From assembly GCA_032718475.1 (NCBI GenBank), contig JAUCBJ010005950.1, positions 1 through 43,124 on the forward strand: 43,124 nt of DNA. The letters run 5' to 3'. The notes under the pieces are model-generated. The model was not told where the DNA came from. It saw only the letters and a list, made by a program, of their open reading frames with translations, and ran no database searches. Position 1 is the first letter of the stretch. The number at the start of each line of letters is the position of its first letter. This DNA is from Nemertoderma westbladi (taxonomy: Eukaryota > Animalia > Xenacoelomorpha). Made by a program: the position numbers and the translations under genes. Of this stretch, positions 22,361-34,877 are shown one piece after another.

Positions 22361-24743
22361 TTAACGCGGTAATTCGTTAAGGTTGATGTCACATGATTTT
22401 ATATTTCTTATTTATATAGAATTCAACTATCTTATTACTTGTATTACTTGATTGACCGCTTATTATATTTTAATTGTGCTATAATTTGTTCCGTAGCTTT
22501 ATTTTTCGTAATAAATACATTGATGCCAAACAAATTAAAAGTTTTGGTAATTCAGGGAACGATATTTATTTTATTCTTAAATTGTTTCTTTTTCGCTCGA
22601 ATATACACCGAAATCGGGATAAAAAGTTGCACTTTATTCCCGGCGAAAAAAGTAAATTATTAATTTATTGCGTGGGAAAAAAGTAGAATATTTTTCACTA
22701 TTCTCGTGGCATTTTATTTACGGAGCCTCAGTGAGGTTAATAAAGGGTCGAGAGAATATTGAAAATAAAATGTTCTAAGATTTTTTTATAGAAACCGTTC
22801 TGTGAAACCGAATCCGTTCCTCGCTGTAGATCGGTAAATAAAACGCCTCGATAAAAGTGAAAAAAAGTTATACTTCTTCTCCGTGTAATAAAGAATTATT
22901 ACCCCTTAGTTTTTATGGGAAATTTAGTGCGGGGGTCCACTGAAAATACAATCATGTACATCAGAATATGGTCTACATTCTACAATAAATTATCACTGAA
23001 GAATATAGAAATTAATATAGAAATTATTTTATTCTAGAACAAATATTTTAAGATCATTTTATTATATGAAAAAATTGCTATAAGGGCACGGCAAAGTGTA
23101 AGAGTCCCCTAAATTTATATATGTCTTTAATGTGGTTTAAAAATGCATAGAAATTACGATATACCATCGAAAAGAGAATCATCAAAAGTAAATAAAAATT
23201 TGAATAAAAATGTTGTCTCCCCATAGCGGCCTGCGTGAGATCTTAAAAATTTCACTAAAAAGTTCACTACCGTTATTTTCAATTTTTATTTTTTGATACT
23301 ACATTTTTTGGAACCAGCACGTTTATTTTCATCATATTTTTGGCCACGTTTTGTATTTTCATTTTCTATTTCTGATAATGGGCAATTTTGTAAAAAAAAA
23401 AATTGAAAAAGTGGTAAAAGTAAAACCACTTTTTTTCTATTTATCATTAAAAAATTGGGAAATATTATTAAATCAAGAAAACTGTCCAAAATTTATTGAA
23501 GCTTGTGAAATTAGATTTCATATAAAGCAAAAATTGCAAAACGTTTAAGAAATGGACGTATTTTTCGTGTGAAAAAATGTCATTCTGTCCTTCAAAGCTC
23601 AAATCTTCCCGCGTAAAATTGCCTGTATGGGGTCTGGTTTGTTAATAGCAATAGTGTCTGACATGAAGGAGGTACACCACATGCACAATATAAAATAAAG
23701 AACAAATTTCTGGCATTTTTACCTAGGGGGGGGGGGGGGGGGGGGGGGTGGAGCTTCGTTCAGTGCACGTTCATAGGCCCTTCGCGCAGCACGAAATACA
23801 TTTCCTCCAACAAATCGTATATTTAGTCGCTCACGCAGTGCACGTTTGTAAAGTTTATGAACTTTTGATATACTACATTCATGTGGCGGATGCAGACTGT
23901 GGTCTAGTACATATCTGCCATGTTTCAGCGTGAACGAATAATTATAATCAAGGATATGGTAGAAGGTTTTTCTCTTAGATATCTCACCCGAGTAGCAGAA
24001 AAAAGAATTGAAGAAGGTGAGCAGTCATCACAAAGACGCAGCCTGCGTTCTAGTACATCTTCAACGTTTCAGTGCTTTTATGGAATTGGAAGAAGGAATT
24101 TTCATTTTCAGATATTTAGCCCTCTGGCGGCGGTTTGGTTACATTTCATAGAGGATTGACCGAGTTATTTACGTTCAAATATTTGGAACTCCAGACAGAC
24201 AGGTTGATTATGGTAATTACTTGGTCGCCCAACATCAATTCATCATCAGAAGATAAAGCCTAATAGCCTATTCTTTTAAAGGAATCTCGTATATTTGGAA
24301 TATGTATTCTTTGAACAATAAACCCAAAGATTTAGTAAACTGAACTAGAAATGCGTCTGGTATTGTTTGAACCAATTATCGAATTACGCATTCACATCAG
24401 ACAATACAAACACAAATTAATTTACCCAGCCACTATAAGTGCTTCCTAGTATTAAATAGTTTCTAACTCCAAGAATCGATGAGACTTTTGCGACCTAATT
24501 ACTTCCTGTCTCATTGGAAATGCTTTAACTCCAGACAAATAAACAATAGTCCAAGAATTTGAAATCGCGTGACCACGCCTTTCTCGGTAGTAACGATTAA
24601 ATGAAATTTGTTGTCTCCCTCTGTTTTTCTATAAAACCGGTTCTAATCTTATTCTTCTTCACTCTCCTACATTAAACAAAGTTTTAATAGTGAAAATCTT
24701 TAGGCTGAAGTAGTTCTTAACTTGAGTATGCCCTACTTATGCC

Positions 24744-25319
24744 TACTACTACTACTACTACTAGGATCGGCATGCTGCATTGCAGCTTCATTTTTAAGAA
24801 TGCTGTGCCGGCTTGTCAACAAAATTGCACCGCCACAACTCCCTATCACCCATGACATTTGCTAGATCATCCGCATCTTCAAGGCCAGTGTCCTTTTAGA
24901 TGCGTCTCAAGAAAGTCATGGGCTGTCCACCATGCTTATTCACTCCATGAGGCTGCCAAAGTACAAGATTATGCACTGGCTGGTCCTCACGGCGAAAGCA
25001 ATGTCCTGCAAAGCGGAGGCGATTTTGTTCTAGTGTCAAGCTTGGGGGAACCAATGAGACACTTCCAATGTTATATAGTGTCTGGTTGGAGATGTGTGCA
25101 TTGTACTTGACACAATGAACCCGGCGTAGCATTCTTGTGAATGTGCCATCCAGAGATTTGGTGTCCTCAGCAGTTAGAGCCCAGCATGGACTCCCATAGA
25201 GGAGTACTGGAACTACTGCTGCTCTAAATAATCGGACCTTAAGTTTCCGATTAATTCTGGGTGACTTCCAAATCCTGGAAAGCCTATTCAAGGCTGCCCA
25301 TGCCTTTCCCTTACGTATT
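24744..25319 (-). mobile_element. 5'-truncated RTE-clade LINE with (TAG)n tail and 12-bp TSD
   Basis: IWKSPRINRKLKVRLFRAAVVPVLLYGSPCW..RLRFAGHCFR is an RTE RT C-terminus; (CTA)7 at 24743-24763; CCTACTTATGCC at 24732-24743 and 25320-25331. Confidence 0.88.
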
Positions 25320-25750
25320 CCTACTTATGCCGGGGGGGGGGGGGGGGGGGGGGGACTAACTCTTAGATCAAAAATTTAAAAAATTTATTTCAATCTGAAT
25401 ATGCCATGCTAATAATGGGATGTTACTATGGTGACCCTGAGCGGAAAGTTATGTAATATTTTTCTTGCTTGCCCGACTTTTGCAAACTCGTTCGAATGAC
25501 TTTACAAAACTCGGGGAAACAAATCTAAATGTCTGGACGAAGTACAGTAGTAAGTTCCTTACTCCAACGAACCTAGTAAGTCACTGTAAATCCCGGTAAA
25601 AAGCACCTTAATTTGTTTGCTTGTGTTCTGTAAAAAGAACTATCCTACACAATAAGGTTAATAATAAAATAATATTGATAATCAAATTATTGCTACACTC
25701 TTACAAACTAACTCACTTACTGAATAATTAAATATTCAGCTCAGCTATCC

Positions 25751-25882
25751 ATGATGGCAGTACGTAATCGCTATTTGGAGATATTATCAGTGGTAATGGT
25801 TCTCGGAGGGATAGTGTTGGGTGGGGTTGTTCAAAAAGAGCAACCAAGGAATCCCTATGCTGATATTGTTGTCTGGTGGCCG
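25751..25882 (+). CDS. Putative secreted precursor, copy A, first exon (signal peptide)
   Basis: MMAVRNRYLEILSVVMVLGGIVLGGVVQKEQPRNPYADIVVWWP then donor GTTAGT; basic n-region, hydrophobic core; mostly conservative changes in copy B. Confidence 0.55.
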
Positions 25883-26179
25883 GTTAGTAGACCTTTTTAT
25901 ATAAAATATTTTTTTGAGAAAATTTGAATGAGTGACATATGCCAGCGAATATATAGGACTCTACAGGAAAATCTATCATTGTGAGTGAAATATTGAAACG
26001 AGGAACTGAAGTGTAATTTCAAACAATGTAAATTGTATTTATTTATTTTATTACCGGATTATGAGGGAAGTGGGTATATCCCGGAGGGATATATAGAAAG
26101 CACTTTATTTCCCGGCCATGGTGTTGGATTGAATGTGATTTACTTAAGGGGGGGGGGGGGGGGTGACTAGAAATTGTCA

Positions 26180-26800
26180 TCCCCTAAGTTTTCATATTTA
26201 GGCCATATCATCCACGAGACTAGGGATGATGACTACGACATTAAGAAATGTACAAGTTGTACAGTTTGTTCAGTCTCTGAGAAACACTAGATTGTTCCGT
26301 GCATTCATTACACCTCTATACTGTAACGCTTTATGGTCTCGTAGTAATTACTCGTCGTCAGTATATAATAGGATTAGGGTGGCCTACAACAATGCGGCAA
26401 GGAAGTTATTTTCAATTCCTCCGCTGTCTAGTATGTCACTATTTTTTGGTTCTCACAATTTGCCTTGTTTTGTGCACGTACGTCACCACTCTGTAACCAG
26501 TTTATTCTCTAGAATTGAATCATCCGTCAATCATGTTGTAGGCCATATTTTTCGTTGTACCGTAGGCTCAAGACTACAGTCCATGCGCAATAGTTACTTA
26601 ATATTTTGATTAATAACGATTAGACTACTTACCATAATATAAAATATGTGATATTTTTCATTCTACTTTAGTTACTTTCTACCGTATAACCTTATAGTCT
26701 GTTAGTTACACTATATTTAATATTTGTGCTATTATTATGTACTGTACACTGATATGAACCATAGTCGGTTTGGTGTAAATAAATAAATAAAATAAATAAA
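26180..26800 (+). mobile_element. 3' fragment of non-LTR retrotransposon (RTE-X-like) in an intron of copy A
   Basis: KFSYLGHII..DDDYDIK, LFRAFITPLYCNALW..NRIRVAYNNAARKLF; (AAAT)n tail at 26777-26800; absent from copy B. Confidence 0.75.
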
Positions 26801-26964
26801 TTAGCTATTAATGGTTTGAAGTTTTGAAAATAAATTATCTTAAATTATGTATAATTTGCAGAGTGAATGTCTAGTGCGGGAGTTTATTTATGTCGAGTGT
26901 TAATACTGTAAGGAATGCTATAAGCAATTTCATTTTCGTGTAATACGTAATTTTATTTCTACAA

Positions 26965-27441
26965 TTTTATTCCAAAATTGTAACATCAACGCCGTTAGTA
27001 TTAACAACAGCGAGTTGTTATTGAGCACTTTACAACCTTAGAGGACATTACAGCATTGTATTGGCCTGTACAATTAGTATTGTAGTGGGTGTTGAAAAGT
27101 CCCATGTTTATGTAGTAACCAATGACGGCGAGCTGTAAAGTTACGGCGTAAATGGTTACACGTAAACAATAGGTGGAAATTTGCCTGACATCCAGATAGG
27201 CCAACTGCAATACCTACCGGTAGGCAGGGTATAGCTATTAATAACCATAGTATAGGGCCTACTGTAGCTATATTATTATAACATGGCTCCAAACGCCACC
27301 ATAAATATAAGCTAACTTATTTATAACATAATTTATGTCACTTTTACATTTATTTATACAGCAACTAATTTAATTTGTGCAGTTTCTATCACTTATAATA
27401 TATATACAATCATTTCGCAATGTTACAATTTTGGAATAAAA
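26965..27441. mobile_element. MITE-like element with 22-bp inverted repeats
   Basis: TTTTATTCCAAAATTGTAACAT at 26965-26986 and its reverse complement at 27420-27441; region absent from copy B; no TSD resolved. Confidence 0.55.
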
Positions 27442-27465
27442 CTACATATATACTTGTTGCAAAGT

Positions 27466-27550
27466 ACTTTACAGTGTTCTGATCCTCGTGGCTTTATTTT
27501 CACTCATTCATTCGTGTAACAAAGCCACTCGGATCATCACACTGTAAAGT
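27466..27550. repeat. Short imperfect hairpin repeat
   Basis: ACTTTACAGTG..TGATCC..GTGGCTTT pairs with AAAGCCAC..GGATCA..CACTGTAAAGT. Confidence 0.65.
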
Positions 27551-27674
27551 GCTACTTTACACAGAAGTATGTAAATAGTTATTACTTATTGACTGGGGGT
27601 AATGTGCGATACTGTAAGGGTAGATTGTGAAGTTGTATTGGCTTTACCTTTTATATATAATTGATTTCTTTTAG

Positions 27675-27756
27675 AATGGGACAGTCGCTGCTGAATTTTC
27701 TTATTGTGGAGACGGAACGTATTGCACTTACGCGCAAATGTACGGAACAGGTGGAG
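27675..27756 (+). CDS. Putative secreted precursor, copy A, Cys-containing internal exon
   Basis: TTTCTTTTAG|...|GTACGT; phase 0 to 1 reads NGTVAAEFSYCGDGTYCTYAQMYGTGG; splice sites kept in copy B. Confidence 0.6.
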
Positions 27757-27944
27757 GTACGTGGAGAATTATGTGTTACACTCAAGGACAACTCTACTAG
27801 TAGAGTTGTCCTTGATTACTTATTTGCAAAATCATATTATTATTGTTACAAAAATTGGCGCTTTAGAAACTCTCACTTAGACCTAAGCCTACATGTAGCC
27901 CTACATAATTTAGTTTCAGTTTTCTATTTTTACCCAACGTTTAG

Positions 27945-28162
27945 GAAGAAGGAAGCGGAATACGATGGATCTGCCCGAAGGGGAATTATTGGATATGGAA
28001 GACATCGTTTTTCCGGGTGGTAATGACGGGAAGCTGATGATTGACGTGCGCACTGGCGGGGACGGTAAAATTGTTGTGGTCGATACACCACACGATGGGG
28101 CCAAAGTGATGGTCAATGGTGTCCCTGTTGATAACAACGGAAATCCAAATCGTCTTCAATAA
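27945..28162 (+). CDS. Putative secreted precursor, copy A, last exon (RRKR site plus acidic tail)
   Basis: Polypyrimidine tract and TTTAG acceptor; phase 1 join gives G-RRKR-NTMDLPEGELLDMEDIVF...NPNRLQ*. Confidence 0.6.
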
Positions 28163-29304
28163 CATTGTAAAGATTGTACTTGCTGTATTTACAGCCCGAT
28201 AACCTTGTTTTAATAATGTCAGATAGGGGGGATATCTTAAAGCAGGAAAAATTATGGTATTAATAGGCGTAAATCGCCGAAAACCGGATGGCCTACAATA
28301 CTGTTTGCTCAAAATTACTTTCGGATGTTGTAATATCTTTTATTTGTTGGAATCACCCTTTTTGTCAACAGAAACTAAAAAAAGTAAAGTTCGAAATACA
28401 TTCCAAAGTAATTGCCATAGCATTAATAATAATACTGCATTGATATAGACATTATGCGCTGATTAAAACAGGTTATTTAATATTCAAGAATATTATAATA
28501 TTATAAACAAAGTCCTTATTACTTATTTTGGATTTAGTTATGTAATTTCGCTTCGTTTCTAGCCCGGGTTCTAAGTCTGCTAAGTGTTTAGCGTTAGCGG
28601 TTTAAAGTTAGATCTACGAATCTACACCAAGTTCGCCTATTTATATGACCTGTGTGTGTGTAGGCCTACAGTACTTGCAGATTTTGGACCTAACAGCCTA
28701 AGTTCGCTAGGATCTAAGTTCACTAAAGTTCGGCCTTGCAAAATTTAAGTTCATGGTATTACCCTCCACACGAGGACGAGGTTCTCGGGATTTGGCCTTC
28801 AGTTTGGCTTTGGCCGATGCACTATCAAATTTCTCAAAATTCTTAAAAAAACATCTAATGTTAGGATAATTATGACACTTAAGGTCTGCTGCTTTGGATT
28901 TCCAACTGAAGCTATTATTGTTTCCATCATATTAAAAAAAATTCTAGAAACTACAGTAGAAACCAAGTTCAACTTTAGTGCATTGTATTTATGTAATGGG
29001 GATTATCCGGTTTGAAGGACCATATTTTAAATTTTTTCAAAATGCATAAAACACCATGCCCATTATTATTTAAGTTTTGATTTAATAACACTATATAGCA
29101 TGTAAAAATGTAAAACTGTAGCTCCTAATAATATAGTCTTGTAATCCCTAATAAGAAGTCCTAAAGTCCTATTACACTTTCCGACCTGGGGATCTCAAGG
29201 CACTAACGAATTACAAGTGAGTTGCACATGCTTCTTCAACATCCGTACAACGCGAAGCAGGGGCGTCACAGCCACCCCTGCACTCCAGGGGGGTGCAGGG
29301 CCAG

Positions 29305-29543
29305 CGGTATGCGTACATACCCCCCCTCAATTCCTCACGAGGCGCCCTCAGTGCCCACAAGTTTACTGTACTGTGTACCCTTCGACTACGGTATGCGTAC
29401 ATACCCCCCCCCCCCCCTCAATTCCTCACGTAGCGCCCTCAGTGCCCACAAGTGTACGGTACTGTGTACCCTTCGACTACGGTATGCGTACATACCCCCC
29501 CCCCCCCCTCAATTCCTCACGTGGCGCCCTCAGTGCCCACAAG
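29305..29543. repeat. ~85-90-bp tandem repeat x3, probably inside the BEL/Pao 3' LTR
   Basis: CGGTATGCGTACATAC(C)nTCAATTCCTCACG..GCGCCCTCAGTGCCCACAAGT at 29305, 29389, 29480. Confidence 0.8.
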
Positions 29544-29728
29544 TAGTGCGTATGTAAATTAGGTACGTTGGTACATTATTTTACCCGTCCGACGTACGTA
29601 ATTGTAACTACCTACACTTGTACTGTATATTATGTCTACAGCGTACCTTGGTACTAACTACTTATTTTATTTATTTGTTTATTTTATTTATTTTTATTTT
29701 TGTGTGTGGGAAGGGCGTCTCGCCCTCA

Positions 29729-31180
29729 TTCCCACCCCCCTCAGTCCAATATATTGGACGACTCAACTCTAGGGCGACCCTTCCTTCTTTCCTCCGTTCC
29801 TCACTTCCACGGATCTAATTCTTCCATCTTCGTCGGGGTAGGTTTCTACTACCCTAACTAATCTCCAGTGGTTATTGATAATCGTATCATCCGTGACGAT
29901 TATCAAGTCACCCTTCTTTAGCTCCCTTTGGCTATTCCTCCATTTACTCCTCTTGTGTAGTGTTGGAAGGTACTCTTGTATCCACCTTGTCCAATACTCT
30001 TCGGTTATCGCCTTAGCGACCTTCCAGCGTTGACGCGAATGTATATCGTCTGGATCCACGTTTCGCATGTCAATCGTCGCTGGTCTCTCCATCAGTAGGT
30101 GTGCCGGTGTTAAGACGTCTGATAAAACGTAATAATTCCCTCGCATTTCGCCAGCACAGTCCTCAGTACGTCCTCTGTGACCATATGATTATTCATCAGT
30201 TTGGTCATAAGTCGTTTGGAGCTTCCCACAAGTCGCTCTACACATACCAGCATATGTGGCGCGTATGGGGTTCTCCTCTCCCACCTGATTAGATGTTTCC
30301 TCATCGCCGCCTTGACATCTTCACCCTCCAGAATGTAAAGGGCCTCCGCTAACTCGTTCTCCGCGCCCACGAAGTTAGTCCCGTTGTCTGAGTATAACAC
30401 CTCGACTGTTCCTCCTCTGCGGGTTACAAACCTCTCGAGCGCATTAATAACTGCCGACGCCGTGGCGTCCTGTGCTAGTTCTATCCCCACCGCCCTCGTA
30501 TTATTGCAGACGAAGATAATGCCGTAGCGTTTCTCCGTATGCCGGATCACCTTTATCTTGATTGGCCCAAACATGTCCACGCCGCAGTGTGTGAACGGTG
30601 GGTCGTGATGCCTCACCCTGTTGGCTGTAATGGCGCCATCTCCTGTACGGCCCTCTCCTTCTTCGTCCGTCGGCAGGTCTGGTACTGCCCCACTACCGCC
30701 TTCACCACCTTTCTGAGTTGGATTACCCAGAAGTCTTCCGGATCTCCGTCAGGGTTTGGTTAGTACCCCCATGTAATATAGACTTATGGGAGTCCCATAT
30801 GATCTGGTGGACTATTGGTGACTTGTTTGGGATTATTATCGGTTTTGGTGACGGGGCTGTTGTTGTTTATCACCCTGGAGTTCATCACCAGGATCCCATC
30901 ATTGTCCAATTGTGGCGACAGCGCGTTGAGTTCGCTGTCTTGACGAAGGCGTTGTTGCTTGCTGACGCGGTTTACCTCGTCTCCGTACCCCTTCCTTTGC
31001 TCGTATCGTATCACGGCTTTGGCCGCCCCTTCCAGATCGATGGTGGATCTCGTTGTGGTATCCTTACCAACTCCCCTGAGGAATTATCCGTAGGCCCTCA
31101 GATATGCTACTAGCTTCTTAGTCTTATACCAGCTGGAGCTGTAACTGAGCAACCTATCCGTTGGGTTATCGCCAACGCCT
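29729..31180 (-). mobile_element. Degenerate BEL/Pao LTR retrotransposon 3' part (integrase, DUF5641-like tail, PPT)
   Basis: PFTHCGVDMFGP, FVCNNTRAVGIEL, LERFVTRRG, YSDNGTNFVGA, LTPAHLL, YWTRWIQEYLPTL, YPDEDGRIRSVEV; PPT GGGGGGTGGGAA followed by TG at 29728; several frameshifts. Confidence 0.9.
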
Positions 31181-31716
31181 TGATAGTGTAGTATAAATGT
31201 AGTCCACAATACAATATAATAAAAAAGAGTACAGTATAATTCTATCAATATAAAGGACGGTGTTGACCCCCCCCCCCCCCCCCCCCCCAAATTGTTGTTT
31301 TATGTCTTACAGCCTTGGAGTTTTATAGGCAATATACTGGTGACGTTCGTAACGTCCCGGCAGGTGAAATGCCAGAAATACCAGTTGCTCTATATTCCTT
31401 ATTTTAGTTCTAATGTAATCCGCCCTAGTCTATTACATTGCAATGGTGCCGGGAACTGGAAAGCAAAAGGGATGGATGTATTGAAGGAAATAATTTACTC
31501 CGTTTACATTTACATCAAATATGGAGAATATCATTATTATTATTATTATTATTATTACCCAAATATGTATATATTTTCCAAATATGCTTCGTTTCCTTTT
31601 CGTTTCGTTATGCCATCCATGCCTACAACTACCTCACAAATACTTCAACACTATTATACTAAAATCCGTATACAATAATCAGTAAAGAAGATTATTATGT
31701 TCCGAGTTTCCCTGGA

Positions 31717-31963
31717 GGGTCCCTCTCCATTCATTATTATTATCCTACAACAGTACAGTACACAGTAGAAAGCCTTACAGTATTACTAAAATTCATTCAC
31801 CTGGAATTAGTAATAATTAACATTCGCATTGGTATGTCAAGCTGGCAGTAGTTGGGTCCCTCTCCATACATTATTATTATCCTATAACAGTACAGTACTA
31901 CTACAGTTGAAAGCCTACATTATTAGTAAAATTCATTCACCTGGAATTAGTATTCACATTCGC
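31717..31963. repeat. ~110-bp local direct duplication
   Basis: GGGTCCCTCTCCAT..AAAATTCATTCACCTGGAATTAGTA..ACATTCGC at ~31717-31827 and ~31854-31963. Confidence 0.85.
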
Positions 31964-32672
31964 CCATACCTTTACTGAAAAGGCTATCACCTGTATGAAA
32001 TATTTAACACACACTAATGCTACCCTATGAAGAATTTCAAGTTTGTAAGGGGTGGAGTTTAGACAGTAGGGCCTAAGCAAACAGTATGGGTGTTCTAAGT
32101 ACAATAATCTTGGCAACCTCTATACTAAGCCTGAGTAGAAATCCATTACATAAGCCATTTTTCATCATGAACACCAGCTGTTATTGGTGTAATTTTACCA
32201 TTGCGTCTATGACACTTTTCGTCTATATCATTTTTTGCAAAAACTAATTACTGTATTTTTCTGATAATTACTTTATACAGAGCCCAGGACCACGCTGAAT
32301 CCAAATGGTATTTTCCTCATATCGCGAGAGCCAGTAGTTTAGGAGGAGATAGAGGAACAAACAAACATACATACATACATAAACAATTTTGAGCTTTAGA
32401 TATAGGCCTTCAACTGTAAATGGGTGTAATTAGAATCATGAGAGGGAAACGCATTAGTATATTAATTAATTAATATAAATTTTCTGAAGATTGAAGATGT
32501 ATATCCCGCGTGGTTGCACGCCACTAGTTGTTCAGTCAGGCATTGTAGTTAGTAGTACAGTAGTACTGCGCAGTACAGTTAGTGCCGAAAACCGTTAGTT
32601 AGTACAGATAGTTACATCATTAATTACAGTTGCAACAGCTCATCTCCAATTTATTTAATTAAATTCTTCCGG

Positions 32673-34170
32673 CTGCAGTTACTAAGTCCGCTGCCAGGAG
32701 GTAAAAGCAGTTACTCAGTCCACCGCTAGGGGGTAAAATCAGTTACTCATTCTGCCGCTAGGGGGTAAAAGCAATTACTCAGTCCGCCGCCGCTAGGGAG
32801 TAAAGGCAGTTATTCAGTCCACCGCTAGGGGGTAAAAGCAGTTACTCAGTCCACCGCTCGGGGGTAAAAGCAGTTACTCAGTCCCCCGCTAGGGTGTAAA
32901 AGCAGTTACTCAGACCGCCGCTAGGGGGTACGAGCAGTTACTCAGTACACCGCTAGGGTGTAAAAGCAGTTACTCAGTCCGCCGCTAGGGGGTAAAAGCA
33001 GTTACTCAGACCGCCGCTTGGGGGTAAAAGCAATTACCCAGTCCGCCGCCGCTAGGGAGTAAAAGCAGTTATTCAGTCCACCGCTAGGGGGTAAAAGCAG
33101 TTACTCAGTCCACCGCTCGGGGGTAAAAGCAGTTACTCAGTCCACCGATAGGGTGTAAAAGCAGTTACTCAGTCCGCCGCTAGGGGGTACGAGCAGTTAC
33201 TCAGTCCACCGCTAGGGTGTAAAAGCAGTTACTCAGTCAGCCGCTAGGGGGTAAAAGCAATTACTCAGTCCGCCGCCGCTAGGGAGTAAAGGCAGTTATT
33301 CAGTCCACCGCTAGGGGGTAAAAGCAGTTACTCAGTCCACCGCTCGGGGGTAAAAGCAGTTACTCAGTCCCCCGCTAGGGTGTAAAAGCAGTTACTCAGT
33401 CCCCCGCTAGGGTGTAAAAGCAGTTACTCAGTCCACCGCTCGGGGGTAAAAGCAGTTACTCAGTCCCCCGCTAGGGTGTAAAAGCAGTTACTCAGTCCGC
33501 CGCTAGGGGGTAAAAGCAGTTACTCAGACCGCCGCTTGGGGGTAAAAGCAATTACCCAGTCCGCCGCCGCTAGGGAGTAAAAGCAGTTATTCAGTCCACC
33601 GCTAGGGGGTAAAAGCAGTTACTCAGTCCACCGCTCGGGGGTAAAAGCAGTTACTCAGTCCCCCGCTAGGGTGTAAAAGCAGTTACTCAGTCCCCCGCTA
33701 GGGTGTAAAAGCAGTTACTCAGTCCACCGCTCGGGGGTAAAAGCAGTTACTCAGTCCCCCGCTAGGGTGTAAAAGCAGTTACTCAGTCCGCCGCTAGGGG
33801 GTAAAAGCAGTTACTCAGACCGCCGCTTGGGGGTAAAAGCAATTACCCAGTCCGCCGCCGCTAGGGAGTAAAAGCAGTTATTCAGTCCACCGCTAGGGGG
33901 TAAAAGCAGTTACTCAGTCCACCGCTCGGGGGTAAAAGCAGTTACTCAGTCCACCGATAGGGTGTAAAAGCAGTTACTCAGTCCGCCGCTAGGGGGTACG
34001 AGCAGTTACTCAGTCCACCGCTAGGGTGTAAAAGCAGTTACTCAGTCAGCCGCTAGGGGGTAAAAGTAGTTACTCAGGCCGCCGTTAGGGGGTAAAAACA
34101 GTTACTCAGTCCGCCGCTAGGTGGTAAAAGCAGTTACTCAGTCCACCGCTGGGGGGGGGGGGGGGGGTAA
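32673..34170. repeat. 32-bp GC-rich minisatellite, ~46 copies, with higher-order variant pattern
   Basis: Unit GTAAAAGCAGTTACTCAGTCCACCGCTAGGGG; a 34-bp variant (CCGCCGCCGCTAGGGAG) recurs every 7-9 units. Confidence 0.97.
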
Positions 34171-34877
34171 AAATTGTTAAGGGAAATCTGCTTATCTTTT
34201 GCTGGCAATTCTTTCAAGTTGACACTTAACGTACGTTTTTGTCTCGTGTTGCGCGAAGGCCTCATTTCCTATATGAGATCAGGCTGGCGACGCAACAAAC
34301 AACCTTCGTGAAATGCACAGTACACAGTCACGATGTGTGTCAGTAGTATAATAATGCAGCACTGACTAGCATTTTGCAATGCATCTGTGACTTTAATAAC
34401 CATAAATTATAATTCTTTCAGCGGTAAATATGCCGACTGAGTTCTTCGAAGGTAAACTTTTATTCATCACGCCGCTGCATTGTGGACAAATAAAACAAGA
34501 TATTAATAACAGTTCCACGACCATCTGTTTTTACTTTGAGTGTTTTTTTACTATTTCACTGCTACCAATCCATCGTGTTTAACCATAAAACTCAACACTG
34601 CCAGTAACAAAGTTTTTGCATTAAGTTATTAAATATAACAGAAGTGAATGCAAAAGGCCCGTGTCACACGTGAGCTTTCAACTTTCAAATAGCTACGTAC
34701 CGATTCACACAAACATTTAACTTTCAGCTCATAAACCATCACCTTGAAAACTGTTGTCATTTCTGGTAATTAGAGTCATTTTCTGATGATACGGACCCCT
34801 CTCCCCTATATTTTTCTATAAATCTTTACATTGTCGCTTGAAATAACTGTAAACACAACAATTTCAACACATTTATA

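Larger units (their letters stand above)
25720..28260 (+). repeat. Segmental duplication copy A (paralogous to ~35640-38660)
   Basis: Collinear near-identical blocks 25720-26165/35640-36115, 26800-26960/37077-37235, 27583-27780/37243-37475, 27881-28230/38362-38655, separated by copy-specific insertions. Confidence 0.92.

Noticed and set aside
22375-23640. AT-rich stretch that looks like DNA-transposon debris
   Set aside because: No paired TIRs or TSD could be resolved by eye.
27661-28023. ORF-track proteins MISFRMGQSLL (27661 and 37354)
   Set aside because: They start at a TTG inside the acceptor tract and run into intron; the spliced NGT..RRKR frame explains the conservation better.
32673-34170. 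32-bp array as CRISPR
   Set aside because: Units abut with no unique spacers.
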